A stretch of 64,000 bases of DNA from an uncultured candidate division Zixibacteria bacterium (GTDB taxonomy: Bacteria > Zixibacteria > MSB-5A5 > RBG-16-43-9), in contig OY970208.1 in the NCBI GenBank assembly GCA_963713865.1, forward strand, positions 608,001 through 672,000. Reading direction: 5' to 3'. A model generated the notes under the pieces. The model ran no database searches, had not been told where the DNA came from, and saw only the letters and a list, made by a program, of their open reading frames with translations. Position 1 is the first letter of the stretch; every line of letters begins with the position of its first letter. Positions 21,164-32,018 of this stretch are shown here, in pieces. A program made the position numbers and the translations under genes.

Positions 21164-22141
21164 TCACTTTCGATAAGATGCAATCGCTTCCTCCAGCGCT
21201 ATGCGAATTGGAGTATAGGTTATACCCAGCTCCTTTTCCGCCTTAGTTCCATCAAACCTGAAACTTTCTTTCATAACCTTCATCTGATCCACGGACATTC
21301 CCCAGATAGGAGGTTTCTTTATGAGGTTGGCTAAAAATGTCAGAAGTTTAGCATTAACCATAACCATAAAAGAAGGAAGACTTATTTTGGGCAGGGGAAC
21401 ACCGGAGATTTCACTTACCATCTGGTTTATCTCTCCAAATGTCAGTTGATATTTACCTGCTAAGTATTTTTCACCGAGATTATTTTCCTTTTCTGTCGCT
21501 CGGACGATCGTCTCAGCTACATCACTAACATGCACAAAAGTCATGATTGAATCGTTGAACACAGTAGCTGGTAATTTTCGATCCATCAAATCCTTAATAT
21601 ATTTACCAGTAGCCTTGGGATCACCTGGTCCTAAAACTGCACCCGGGTATACCATCACCAGAGGAAGTTTCATTTTTTCATAGAGTTCCCAGGCAATCAG
21701 ATCCCCTTCGTATTTAGTCCGGAAATATTCGCTGAACTGAACTGGACCAACCGGGCTATCTTCAGTAAAAGGACAGTCTGCTGGTTTTCCAAAGATACCT
21801 GCGGTACTGATATGCACTACTTTGGAGATACCTTTTTCCAGGGCAGATTCCATAACATTTCTGGTACCTTCGATATTGACTTTGTTGTAAATCTTACGGT
21901 CAGGTTCCCAGAAAGAATAAAGGTTTGCCAGGTTAATCACCCAATCACAACCTATCATCCCTTTAAGCAGTGATTCTTTGTCAGTTACATCGCCGGTTAT
22001 GATGTTAACACCTAATTCCTTTAGGTGAGTAACATCGCTGGTTTTCCTTGCCAGACAAAACATTTTGTGTTGGGTCTGTGCCAATCTTCTAACCACATGA
22101 GTGCCAATGAATCCTGTAGCTCCAGTTATAAATATTTTCAT
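21164..22141 (-). CDS. NAD-dependent epimerase/dehydratase (dihydroflavonol reductase/HpnA-like)
   Basis: TGATGFIG and YFRTK (YxxxK). Confidence 0.88.
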   Translation of the reverse strand: MKIFITGATGFIGTHVVRRLAQTQHKMFCLARKTSDVTHLKELGVNIITGDVTDKESLLKGMIGCDWVINLANLYSFWEPDRKIYNKVNIEGTRNVMESALEKGISKVVHISTAGIFGKPADCPFTEDSPVGPVQFSEYFRTKYEGDLIAWELYEKMKLPLVMVYPGAVLGPGDPKATGKYIKDLMDRKLPATVFNDSIMTFVHVSDVAETIVRATEKENNLGEKYLAGKYQLTFGEINQMVSEISGVPLPKISLPSFMVMVNAKLLTFLANLIKKPPIWGMSVDQMKVMKESFRFDGTKAEKELGITYTPIRIALEEAIASYRK

Positions 22142-22160
22142 TTTTCTCTCCTCTCATGAT

Positions 22161-22291
22161 TTCCCCTCCCTTGATGAGAGGGGTAAGGGGGTGTAGCCTC
22201 CCTAACCCTCTCCCGCGAGGGGAGAGGGGATTTTCGTAGTGCGCCCCTTTAGGTCGCCAAAGCTGTAGAGACGCATGCTATGCGTCTCTAC
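22161..22291. repeat. Palindromic mini-elements
   Basis: CCCTCTCCCGCGAGGGGAGAGGG and GTAGAGACGCATGCTATGCGTCTCTAC (22265-22291). Confidence 0.75.
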
Positions 22292-22298
22292 CTCTTAA

Positions 22299-23066
22299 TT
22301 ACCTGGCTGTATATCCTCCATCTATGACTAATTCACTTCCGGTAACGAATTTCGATTCGTCTGATGCCAGGTAAATAATCCCGAAAGCGATATCCACAGG
22401 CTCACCTATATGTCCAATTGGCTGCAAGCTGTCCAGCATTTTTCGTCCGGCTTTAATCTCACCCTGGGATTTTAGAAAGTTTTCTAACATAGGTGTCCAG
22501 ATAAACCCGGGATGAACTGAATTTACTCTAATATTATCTTTGGCATAAAGGAAAGCATCTGTTTTGGTCATAATCCTCACCGCACCCTTAGAGGCATGAT
22601 AGGGCGGCACATCCGGCGCACTCACGATTCCATAAATGGAGGAAAGATTAATGATGCTTCCATCTCCGGCTTTTCTCATATAAGGGATCGAATGTTTGGT
22701 GCAGAAGAAAACCCCCTTAACATTAACCGCCATAACCCTATCCCATTCCTCTTCAGTTATCTCGTCTGTCGGCTTGCTCACCCCGGAAATCCCGGCATTG
22801 TTCACCAGCACGTTGATTTTTCCAAAGGTTTTATAAATGTCCGCAAACACCTTCCGCACCTCTTCTTCTTTTGAAACATCCAGGTGCCAGAACTTTGCTA
22901 ACCCACCAGAATTTTTGATCTCATCTACTGTCTTTTGCCCCTCTTTATCTAAGATATCTGTCACCGCTACCTTTGCCCCTTCCTTTGCTAAGTAAAGACA
23001 GGTGGACTTACCAATTCCCAATGCCCCACCAGTAATGATGGCTACTTTGTTTTCCAATCTGCCCAT
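22299..23066 (-). CDS. SDR family oxidoreductase
   Basis: TGGALGIG, NNAG, YHASK and IRVNSVHPG. Confidence 0.92.
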   Translation of the reverse strand: MGRLENKVAIITGGALGIGKSTCLYLAKEGAKVAVTDILDKEGQKTVDEIKNSGGLAKFWHLDVSKEEEVRKVFADIYKTFGKINVLVNNAGISGVSKPTDEITEEEWDRVMAVNVKGVFFCTKHSIPYMRKAGDGSIINLSSIYGIVSAPDVPPYHASKGAVRIMTKTDAFLYAKDNIRVNSVHPGFIWTPMLENFLKSQGEIKAGRKMLDSLQPIGHIGEPVDIAFGIIYLASDESKFVTGSELVIDGGYTAR

Positions 23067-23243
23067 TTTTGACCTCCTGAATAGTTTGAGCTTAAGTTCT
23101 ATTGTGATAAAATCTCATCTATGCAATTTAATATTTTACATTTTTAAAAACTTCTCCAATATCTGGATTCAGATAATCCACCTTTCAACCGGAGAGCTTC
23201 AAAAAAAACATTATAAAAAAGTAAATCCAATCCTTATAAAAAT

Positions 23244-24569
23244 TTATTCATGAAACACAACTTTTCCATCCATTAATACTATATGGGTGGTTTTTATATT
23301 TTTAATATCCTCAAGAGGATTTTTATTTAAGATCAAGATACTTCCCTTTTTGCCTGGTGAAATGGAGCCTGACTGGTTGGTAATGCCCAGCCATTCAGCC
23401 GGATATATGGTTGCTCCTCTGATAATCTCCGATTCTGAAAGTCCAACCTCCTTCAGCAATTGCATCTCTTTAAAAGTAAATCCTGGATTCCAGCCATCTT
23501 GTCCCACCAGGATCTTTGTGCCTTGTTTCATTATCTCTTTTGTAATAAAACAACTTATTTCATACAAAATTTCAAAACGTTTCTTAAACTTATCGAGCTC
23601 GTCTTCGCGGTATGCTTCAGGGTGCTCCGCATAATTTTTAAAAACATGCAAGGTTGGACAGAAATATACCCCGTTCTCCAGCATCTTATCTGTCAACTGT
23701 CTAAGTTTTGTTACTGAAATGGAATCAACCCCTGACAAAAACATTTCATTAATGAAAGCCTCCTTTTCTTCGGGATTAGCATCTATCAGTTTATCATGCT
23801 CTGATTTCAGATCATCCTTTAATACAGCATACCAGGCAGATTTTCCATGCTCAAAACATCTGATACCCAAATCTATGCCTCTATCCACTGGAACTGAATG
23901 AAAAAATGTTGGACCCGGGTCATTAGTAACAGGGAGGTTATGTTCTTTTGCTTCATCCAGCAAATGCCTTAAAACATCTAGATCAAACTTCCCGAATGTT
24001 TTAACCAGACTTGCGCCTTGGTTTGAAATTTGCTCGATGATGTTTTTTGCGTCTTGCCTTGAATTGACCGCCACCGTAAATTCAGGCCAGCGCTTGTTAT
24101 TCTCTTCACCCCTTAAGGGACTCTTTTCAAGCATTGGACCCGCATAGAATATATCAGGGCCTAAATACTCTCCCCGGGTAATCTTATCCTTCAAATCCTT
24201 GAGGGTCTTAACTGGACCACCCACATCCCGTATTTGAGTGATCCCCTTTATTACGAACTCTTTCAGGACTTGTTTTTCTAACTCATCTTCTTGAGCGATT
24301 CCTTCAATGCCACATTCTTTCAATATCTCTTTTTTAGTCTCGTCCTCCTGGTTTGTCAACATAGTTAAATGGGCATGAGATTCAAAAAGTCCGGGGATTG
24401 CATATTTCCCTGAGCAATCATAATATTTCAGGTTTTCCTTATCTGTGCAGTCAATTTTGCCTATTTCTTTGACAATACTATCTTCAATCAGGATATCCAG
24501 ATTTCTCCTCAAAATGTCATTTTCGACATCAAGGAGATTGATATCATTTAATAAGATCCGTCCCGTCAT
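23244..24569 (-). CDS. Amidohydrolase family protein
   Basis: IPGLFESHAH, GITQIRDVG, FEHG and VGQDG. Confidence 0.8.
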   Translation of the reverse strand: MTGRILLNDINLLDVENDILRRNLDILIEDSIVKEIGKIDCTDKENLKYYDCSGKYAIPGLFESHAHLTMLTNQEDETKKEILKECGIEGIAQEDELEKQVLKEFVIKGITQIRDVGGPVKTLKDLKDKITRGEYLGPDIFYAGPMLEKSPLRGEENNKRWPEFTVAVNSRQDAKNIIEQISNQGASLVKTFGKFDLDVLRHLLDEAKEHNLPVTNDPGPTFFHSVPVDRGIDLGIRCFEHGKSAWYAVLKDDLKSEHDKLIDANPEEKEAFINEMFLSGVDSISVTKLRQLTDKMLENGVYFCPTLHVFKNYAEHPEAYREDELDKFKKRFEILYEISCFITKEIMKQGTKILVGQDGWNPGFTFKEMQLLKEVGLSESEIIRGATIYPAEWLGITNQSGSISPGKKGSILILNKNPLEDIKNIKTTHIVLMDGKVVFHE

Positions 24570-24730
24570 TTTTTTTCTTCTTCTCCTTAATCCTTTAAAT
24601 TCGAACCATATTCTCTTTGTCTTCCACCCTGCCCATTTTTGACCTCTTAGTATGTCAACCATCCCAAGGTGTGGTTGACAATTTGTATCTTTTTTGTCAG
24701 GCAGTACACCAAAAAGCGGACATACCTGAC

Positions 24731-25510
24731 CTACAAATTTGAGACCTTTAAATAAGTCTCCTTCAGCCAGGGATCATCCTGAATGAGACGAACGAAGTTG
24801 GTTTGAACTGTCTGTATGATAACCTGGACAGTTACCTTTCTTAGCTCTGCTATAGCTTGAACAACATCTTTTATCAATAAAGGCATTCCAGGTTCACCTG
24901 TCAACCACTTTTGCCCACCGGGATTGTCTGTTTCGGTAAGCAATTGTTCATCTAGCAATTTCCGGACAATGGTCTGTATATGTTCTGAATATAGCACTTC
25001 TACCCCTATGGTGAAATATAATCCTCTGGCTAATAGTCCTTGGAAAATATCGAGAGGTCCTGAATACCAGTGGACAATAGCCCTGTGAATATCATAGTCT
25101 TTGAGCAGTTGCAGGACTTCTTTTTCCGCCCCTCTGGAGTGCAGGTTCACCATCTTCTTTTGTTCTTTGGCTGCGGAAAGAAAGAACTCAAAAATTTTAA
25201 GCTGGGCTGGAAACTGGTCAGCATCTTCTGCAGAGTGGAAGTCTAATCCGATTTCACCCAGAAGGGGGCATTGTTCGACGGCATCCCTTAAAGCATCCAG
25301 ATGGTCAACATATTCAGGAGCATTCAAGGGGTGCACGCCAAAACATGGCAATATGAACTTGCATCTTTCAGCTATCTTCAGGTTTCGCCTGTATGAGGGA
25401 AGATCCATCGAGTTGCTCAGGGTAAAGATTTTGTTCTGGTTTATCTCTTCTAAAACTGAATCCAGCTTATCCTCGTACCTGTCCAGATGTGCGTGGGCAT
25501 CGATGAACAT
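24731..25510 (-). CDS. TatD family hydrolase/DNase
   Basis: DAHAHL, GEIGLD, NLHSR, VHWY and LTETD. Confidence 0.9.
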   Translation of the reverse strand: MFIDAHAHLDRYEDKLDSVLEEINQNKIFTLSNSMDLPSYRRNLKIAERCKFILPCFGVHPLNAPEYVDHLDALRDAVEQCPLLGEIGLDFHSAEDADQFPAQLKIFEFFLSAAKEQKKMVNLHSRGAEKEVLQLLKDYDIHRAIVHWYSGPLDIFQGLLARGLYFTIGVEVLYSEHIQTIVRKLLDEQLLTETDNPGGQKWLTGEPGMPLLIKDVVQAIAELRKVTVQVIIQTVQTNFVRLIQDDPWLKETYLKVSNL

Positions 25511-25557
25511 ATTTCCTCTCATCTATATAGAAAATCAGAGAATTGTTTTTATCTTAT

Positions 25558-26535
25558 TCATTTTGAACTAATTCTTTTTATAATGCGATAAACCAATAAA
25601 GTTATCCATCTGCTCGGCAACTCTTTTTGACCAAAGTCGAAATCAGAAAAAACATTGTGTACAGATTCTGCGTAGAAACGACCATTTTTATCCTTTTTTG
25701 AAATAAGCAGGTCTATCATCTCCTTAATCCTGTGATCATTTTTTATAAATTCAAACTGCGAAAGGATATCTAAATATTTTAAGATTCGATAATCGGTAAA
25801 AGGATATTTTAGTTTTTCCCAGCCTTTACCAATCTGTGAATCATGACCGGCATATTTTATCTTACCTCTGTTATCCCAGCATTTCAGGAGAAACTCTACG
25901 CCTCGTTGGGCAACTTTACCCTTCTTCAGTTCAGGATTTTGAGCTAATGCGCCAAGAACACACAAAGTTGCATAAGCACAGCTTGGCTCTTTTTCTCTGG
26001 GCTTACCCGGAAGTCCGCTATTTTTACACCAGAAACCGCCATCCAGTCGCTGTCGTTTTACGAACCACCCATAAGCTTCTCTTAATCGTGGCTCACTCAT
26101 ATAACCTGACTTTGCTAAAGATTCGGTTAAAATGCCAGTAAAACAATCACCTGAAGTAGGTGGAGGTGCCCAGCCAAAACCTCCATCCGGAAACTGGGTG
26201 CTAAAAACATACTAACCAGCACGGGCAATCTTTTTGTTCTTCGCTGTGAAGCCAAAATCAGCCAAGACTCCTAACAACCAGAAAGTGGTATCTTTCCTGG
26301 GCCACCAGGTATAAATATCTTTTGGAGTTCCCCAGTATCCATCCTTATTCTGCTTATCAAAGATTTTTTTAACTAGCTTGTTTTCATACACCAATTTTTC
26401 AGTTGCAAGAACCTCTTTATCTTCTCTTTTTTTATCTAAAAGGTCTATCAGGGTTCGATATCTAACAAAACTCTCACCCTCAAGAAGCCAATCTACTGGC
26501 ATTAATTCTTTGAATTTTTTCAAGTTATCCTGCAT
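25558..26535 (-). pseudogene. Prenyltransferase/squalene-cyclase-repeat-like protein with in-frame TAG at 26212-26214
   Basis: The two ORFs are in the same frame (ARAG*YVFSTQFPDGGF…), with repeated QxxDG(Y/G)W/F motifs. Confidence 0.7.
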
Positions 26536-26565
26536 TTATCTGAGTCCCGGTGATATATTTTCCAT

Positions 26566-27327
26566 CTATGAACTCACCTCCATAAAATGGAAAGGGTCGT
26601 CATATTTGGCAATTATCCCCAATTCTTTCTGTTTTTCCAGAACTCTTGTCATCGCTTTAGCATGAACCCTATTGTGCCAGATAAACCTCCTTAAAATTTT
26701 TTTGAGAGTCCAGGGCTCATCCTCCACATTAAATATTAAAGAGTTATTGTTCACCCGATATAATTTTTCGATCTTCGCAATGCAGAACTCTCTGATTTTT
26801 ATGAAATCCTCCTCTTTCTTATCAAATGTGATCTTGGTCCTTGATAGGTAGTAGTATTGGCACCTTTTCACGTGGTCGAATATCTCCTGTATGGTCTTTG
26901 GATTTTCCCCATAAAAAGTTTTCCTGATCCTCGACTCATCCATCCACTCTTTAAATCTGGTTTTATTATAAAGCTGTAAGAAGGTCTCTTCAGAATACCG
27001 GACCAGATCAACCAAATTTCTGAATTCTTCTTCCCCCATTACTTCTTTGTCTGCTTCTAACAAAATCTCATTATCCGCATCCTCAACCGCCAATGAGCTC
27101 TGATGATTTTGAACAATTTGAATCTTATAGTCGGGCTTTTGTTTGATACCCAACCACTTCAGATATAAATTCACTTCTCGATTCAGTTTGGAAATAGCTT
27201 CTTCTTCAGTTCTACCACGTATATAAGCACCTGGCAATTCCACTAAATACCCAATGTACCCCTTTCCATTAGTTTCGAATCCTATGGAAATTAAATTGGT
27301 AAATTTTAGGTATGGTTTTTTTAACAT
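26566..27327 (-). CDS. Protein with HicB-like N-terminus and DinB-like C-terminus
   Basis: ELPGAYIRGRTEEEA and WTLKKILRRFIWHNRVH. Confidence 0.65.
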   Translation of the reverse strand: MLKKPYLKFTNLISIGFETNGKGYIGYLVELPGAYIRGRTEEEAISKLNREVNLYLKWLGIKQKPDYKIQIVQNHQSSLAVEDADNEILLEADKEVMGEEEFRNLVDLVRYSEETFLQLYNKTRFKEWMDESRIRKTFYGENPKTIQEIFDHVKRCQYYYLSRTKITFDKKEEDFIKIREFCIAKIEKLYRVNNNSLIFNVEDEPWTLKKILRRFIWHNRVHAKAMTRVLEKQKELGIIAKYDDPFHFMEVSS

Positions 27328-27328
27328 A

Positions 27329-27767
27329 TCATTTCTGCTCTGGCTCATAGATCTTGGGACTGCTCCAGTCATTTCTCCATTCGATTTGCTTAGGGATAAT
27401 TTTCAGCACACAAAAATCTTTGGATTCAGGACCTTCCGGGAAATGCTCAAATAGATTGAAAGTTGCCAAACCCCAGAACCCTCTTTTTCTTCTCCATATC
27501 TGTAACTATCTCCGCTTCACCTAAAACGATTGCGGCTTTTTCTCCATTGGGCTGTTCCACAAAAGCAAGACAGACCTTGGGATTTTGCTTTATCTGACTT
27601 ACTTTCCGGGAACAGCAAAAAGTGGTTACCCAGATAGACATATCATCTTCCACAATCGGAGAAACCGGACGCACTCTCGGCTGGTCACCATCACAGGTTG
27701 CCAGGTAAGTATGAAGACAGGTTTTTTTCATTATAGCTACTATCTTCTCTTTATCAGTAGAGCTCAT
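27329..27767 (-). CDS. Pyridoxamine 5'-phosphate oxidase-like FMN-binding protein; apparent 1-nt frameshift at 27473-27479
   Basis: LATCDGDQPRVRP and RKVSQIKQNPKV. The shifted frame continues WGLATFNLFEHFPEGPES…EQK*. Confidence 0.8.
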
Positions 27768-27909
27768 TTTAATCCTTCCCTTAAGTTTTTTGTTGGTTCG
27801 TAAATTGGATTTTCCCCCGCCTGAGGCGGGGAATCCTGGTGACCCGGCATATCTTTAACGCCCGATTAGACGATAAATCGATACACTTAAGAACAACGTT
27901 AAGCCACCT

Positions 27910-28569
27910 CTAATCTCCCTCATAGTCTGGAATGATCTTCTTTATGATTCGCTTTTCCTCCTTGAACTCCTGACCTAACTCATGCCAGAATTTCCTTGCT
28001 TTTCTGAGTCCTTTCTCGCCTGATTTTCTTCCTGCTCGGGTATAAAAATCTTCTCTGGCTCCTTTTCTTCCACTCGGAATTTCCATCATCTGTCTTACAT
28101 TCATCCTCTCTTCCCTCATAAAATAATCAAAAACCCTGGCAGCTCCGATATATCCTATTGAGCAGGAAAGAACATCTACATCAAAGCAAACCCTGGCTTC
28201 TAAGCTTTTCGGCTTCTCCGGTCCCCTTGGTCCATGCGATCTGATGCAATGCACCACCCTTTCAATCTCCTTCTTTGTAAAACCAGCTCTCTTTAAATAT
28301 TTAGGTGCTAATTTCACCCCTGCGGAATAATGGTCTTTGCCCAGTTCGGGGTAAAGTCTGCCTACGTCGTGTAATAAAATGCCTGCCAGGACAATTTTTA
28401 TATTTGCCTTCTCCTTTTCACCGATGATAATGCCTTTGGCTAAATCCCTTGAGGTATGTTTCCAGTTGTGATGCACAAGTCCCTTGGAGAGAAAATCAAG
28501 TTTTATTACCTCATACAAAGTTTTTAATTCTGCAAATTTTGAAAGATAGATATTAAGTTTCATAAGCAA
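27910..28569 (-). CDS. HD-domain phosphohydrolase
   Basis: HNWKH…LLHDVG…IRSH…DVD. Confidence 0.8.
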   Translation of the reverse strand: MLMKLNIYLSKFAELKTLYEVIKLDFLSKGLVHHNWKHTSRDLAKGIIIGEKEKANIKIVLAGILLHDVGRLYPELGKDHYSAGVKLAPKYLKRAGFTKKEIERVVHCIRSHGPRGPEKPKSLEARVCFDVDVLSCSIGYIGAARVFDYFMREERMNVRQMMEIPSGRKGAREDFYTRAGRKSGEKGLRKARKFWHELGQEFKEEKRIIKKIIPDYEGD

Positions 28570-28692
28570 CTCTCCTTTTTACACAATATCATCAATTGAT
28601 TCTGGATCTGTATTTTTATGTTTGGGGAATTCTCCCCGTAGGGGATCTTGAGACTATCCCCGAATTATCCAGATAAATTTTTACATATCTAC

Positions 28693-29184
28693 TTATTTTT
28701 CAGTCCCTACCCCCTGGTTTCCTGTATCCAGAACCACCTTCCAGGTACCATCTACCTGTTTTTCCCAAACTGTAATATAAGTCCCTTTTGCTATAAGGGG
28801 AATACTATTCTGGCCAGTTGTCTTGAATTCATAAATCCCGTAAGTATATCCTAAATCTCCTGACTTTGAAACCTCCGCAAATGAAGGTTTCCAGGTCAAA
28901 GTGAAATTATCATCTGATGATTTGGACAAAAGTTCTCTAATCGCCTCTATTCCCTCGATCGGTAGACTATTCGGTCGGAGCAAAACCCCATCCTTGGCTA
29001 AATAAGTGAAAAACGCTTCATTCATCCCCTTCTGTTCAGAGAGTTTTGAAAATTCAATATCCGCATTCATCAATGCCTGCTTTTCTTTTTCTATGTCCAC
29101 ATAATTTGAACAGGAGAGAAAGATGATACCTATTAAGAGAAATAAAATTAGAGATTGACCCTTTCTCTCAGTTATAATAACCAT
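28693..29184 (-). CDS. NTF2-like (YybH/DUF4440) lipoprotein
   Basis: Lipobox-like FLSC, SGDLGYTYG and GTYITVWEKQ.DGTWK. Confidence 0.8.
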   Translation of the reverse strand: MVIITERKGQSLILFLLIGIIFLSCSNYVDIEKEKQALMNADIEFSKLSEQKGMNEAFFTYLAKDGVLLRPNSLPIEGIEAIRELLSKSSDDNFTLTWKPSFAEVSKSGDLGYTYGIYEFKTTGQNSIPLIAKGTYITVWEKQVDGTWKVVLDTGNQGVGTEK

Positions 29185-29269
29185 CTGCTCAACCTCCTTT
29201 ATAGATTTATGTGATACGTCGACATTAGGAAATGCCAATGCTTTTAAAACTCACAACAGCCTTCTTGAC

Positions 29270-30088
29270 TTATTTCTTACAAACTATTAAGAAATGTTCA
29301 CTAATGCCCACTGCGCTTGGATGAGTACAGGTTTTCAAATGAATCTCCTGCCAGATCTTCCAGGCTCTTGGATATTTTTTAAAGAGCTTATTCGTCTCTT
29401 GCGGATGATAAGTAGCCAGTCCTTCAAGACCTGCCATCTCGAGAATTTTCATCTTTCTCTTTTTGAATGAATACTCTATTTCTTCGGGCAAGTAAAAGTG
29501 GCAGGATGTAAAACCATAGCCCCCATAATAATCGCCATCATCTCTAAGCTTTTGATAGAGTCCCTTTATTTCCAACTCCTCTGGAAATCTGACCAATCCG
29601 CCTACTAAAACTGCTAATCTTCCAATCACCGATACAAAAATCGGAGAACATCTCTTCGTCACCCTGATTAATTCATCAATCGCTTTTTCTCTTTTCTTTC
29701 TATTTAAAATATGAGATAATGCCCCACCTAAACAAATCACTGCCTCAAATGTGTCGTTCTCAAATATAGAAAAATTATCGATAGAACCTTGCAATATCAG
29801 TTTTACTTTATTTTGCACTTTAGCTTTTTTAATTTGTATTTTAGCAATATTTATCAATTCAGGAGTTAAATCAAGCAAAACAATATCGTATCCCAGTTTT
29901 GCTAATTCAATTGTATATCTGCCTGGTCCACCTCCAGCATCCAATACTAAACCTTTTTTGGGAAGATATTTTTTAAGGAAGTATATGGTTGTATTAAACT
30001 CCAATCGATGGTAAGGGTCTTGGGTAAGTCTTCTCCACTCCTTTATGCCAAACTCAGAATAATAATCTTTAACTGATGTTTCAACCAT
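29270..30088 (-). CDS. Class I SAM-dependent methyltransferase
   Basis: VLDAGGGPGRY. Confidence 0.85.
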   Translation of the reverse strand: MVETSVKDYYSEFGIKEWRRLTQDPYHRLEFNTTIYFLKKYLPKKGLVLDAGGGPGRYTIELAKLGYDIVLLDLTPELINIAKIQIKKAKVQNKVKLILQGSIDNFSIFENDTFEAVICLGGALSHILNRKKREKAIDELIRVTKRCSPIFVSVIGRLAVLVGGLVRFPEELEIKGLYQKLRDDGDYYGGYGFTSCHFYLPEEIEYSFKKRKMKILEMAGLEGLATYHPQETNKLFKKYPRAWKIWQEIHLKTCTHPSAVGISEHFLIVCKK

Positions 30089-30227
30089 AATTTTGTAGCG
30101 TCGGGCTTTACGCCCGACGATTTCTCCTTAGTTTTGGGAAATCACATTACTGAAGATTCAATAAGATTAAGATGGGGCGGAGTTAAACTCCGCCCCTACG
30201 TGAACTAATTACCTCATAAAGTACTTA

Positions 30228-31673
30228 TTAATAATTCGGTCCAAAATCCTTATTGAAAGCCTCAGCCAGCTTGGCACCCCAGTTATCCAGCGGAACAAGC
30301 TTCCCGAAGAAGAACCTGAGCACTGGCGGCTCTTCCACGAATTTTAAACCTTTGACCATATCCCTGTGCTTATATAACCAGTTTAATCTGTCAACCACAT
30401 ACTCGATATGCGACAGGGTATAAGTCCTTCGGGGAACTGCAAGCCTTGCCAATTCTAAGTCTGAGTAGACCTCGTTCCCATCCTTATCCCGGTCCATTGA
30501 AATAGTGCCTCTTTCCATACATCTAACACCAGAAACAATGTAAATAGCCGCAGATAAGGCTCCTGCAGTATATTGAGATGGAGGGATATCTGGCAGGAAT
30601 AGTTTTGCATCAACGTGACATGCCAACCCACCAGCTGGTGTAACCACGGGGATATTTTCCTTCTCACATCTTTCCACAAAATATTTTACCTGTTCGGGCA
30701 CGCTTCCAGCTACGTTGGGATCCATCATCTCCCGGATTCCCACCGCCATCGCCTCTATCTCCTTAAACGAAATACCTCCATAAGTCAGAAAACCCTCGTA
30801 GACCGGAAGCCATGGTTTTATAAGCTCATAATACTCCTGATTATTTGTAGCGATAAATCCTCCTCGGGCACTGCTGTTTTTCCTGGTACTCATATATATT
30901 ATATCCACCTGGCCCATTGCTTCCTTGGTAATCTCTTGAATTGTATTGTTCTCAAATCCCTTTTCCCTGAGCTTAACGAAATAGGAGTTCTCGGAGATAA
31001 GGGTTGCATCCATAAGCAGAGGTATTCCCTGCTGATTACAGATGGTTTTTACCTCTTTTAGATTTTGCATGGAGAAAGGCTGACCCCCTAAGAGATTAGT
31101 GGTTGCCTCTATCCTCACAAAGGGGATCTTATCCTTTCCATATTTCTTTATAACATCCTTTAATTTCTGGATATCTATATTTCCTTTAAAGAGATTCTGG
31201 CTTTGGGTATTAAGGGCTTCATCCGCATATATCTCTAAAACCTTACCTCCTGCTAACTCGAAATGTGCTTTGGTGGTGGTGAAATGGTAATTCATTGGAA
31301 TTATATCCCCTGGCTTGATAAGTACCTTAGCTATGAGATGTTCAGCCGCCCTGCCCTGATGAACCGGCAGCACATAGTCGAACCCTAATACATCTTTTAT
31401 CGCCGCAGTCAACTTATAGAAACTCTCACACCCGGCATAAGCATCGTCCGAGACCATCATCGCCGCAAGCTGGTTATCGCTCATGGCATTGGTCCCGCTA
31501 TCAGTAAGCATATCAATAAATATATCTCTGCTTCTTAACGAAAAGGTATTATAGCCACCCTCTTCTATAGCCTTTAATCTCTGATTAACGGGTATCAAAT
31601 TTGACCTCTGAACAATTCTTATCTTATGCATCTCAACTGGAATTTCTCTCCCATCCGAAAGCTTCACTATCAT
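30228..31673 (-). CDS. Tryptophanase / tyrosine phenol-lyase family PLP enzyme
   Basis: IDMLTDSGT, DDAYAG, HQGRAAE, YEGFLTYGG and RLAVPRRTYT. Confidence 0.9.
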   Translation of the reverse strand: MIVKLSDGREIPVEMHKIRIVQRSNLIPVNQRLKAIEEGGYNTFSLRSRDIFIDMLTDSGTNAMSDNQLAAMMVSDDAYAGCESFYKLTAAIKDVLGFDYVLPVHQGRAAEHLIAKVLIKPGDIIPMNYHFTTTKAHFELAGGKVLEIYADEALNTQSQNLFKGNIDIQKLKDVIKKYGKDKIPFVRIEATTNLLGGQPFSMQNLKEVKTICNQQGIPLLMDATLISENSYFVKLREKGFENNTIQEITKEAMGQVDIIYMSTRKNSSARGGFIATNNQEYYELIKPWLPVYEGFLTYGGISFKEIEAMAVGIREMMDPNVAGSVPEQVKYFVERCEKENIPVVTPAGGLACHVDAKLFLPDIPPSQYTAGALSAAIYIVSGVRCMERGTISMDRDKDGNEVYSDLELARLAVPRRTYTLSHIEYVVDRLNWLYKHRDMVKGLKFVEEPPVLRFFFGKLVPLDNWGAKLAEAFNKDFGPNY

Positions 31674-32018
31674 TTAAACCTCCTTAATTGGTTTTAGTTT
31701 CAATTTATTCTTACAAATTTTTCTTAATATCAAATTTATATCTCTTAAAAGATAATTTATTGCTCTAATTTATCTTTTCCTATTAAAAAATCAACTATAT
31801 TCTTTGTTTGTAAGGGGACTAAAAGACTCTGGTTATCGAGGTTAAGGTTAAAAGACCTCTATCCTTTTTGAAATAAAACACTGCTTGAAGAAAAAATGTG
31901 GTGGAGGTCTTCAGGCTTCTTTTTTCTCTGAAAAGAGAATGATCGAAACTTACCACTGCTTCTTTAATTTCAATTTTTGGTGTTGCTATTTTTAAGAACC
32001 CCAGACTAGATTCATTTC

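Noticed and set aside
26212-26214. Pyrrolysine or alternative genetic code
   Set aside because: TAG terminates other genes here (for example ilvC), and no pyl genes are visible.
31674-32018. TnaC-like leader peptide or riboswitch upstream of the lyase
   Set aside because: No Trp-containing leader ORF or recognisable riboswitch consensus was seen.
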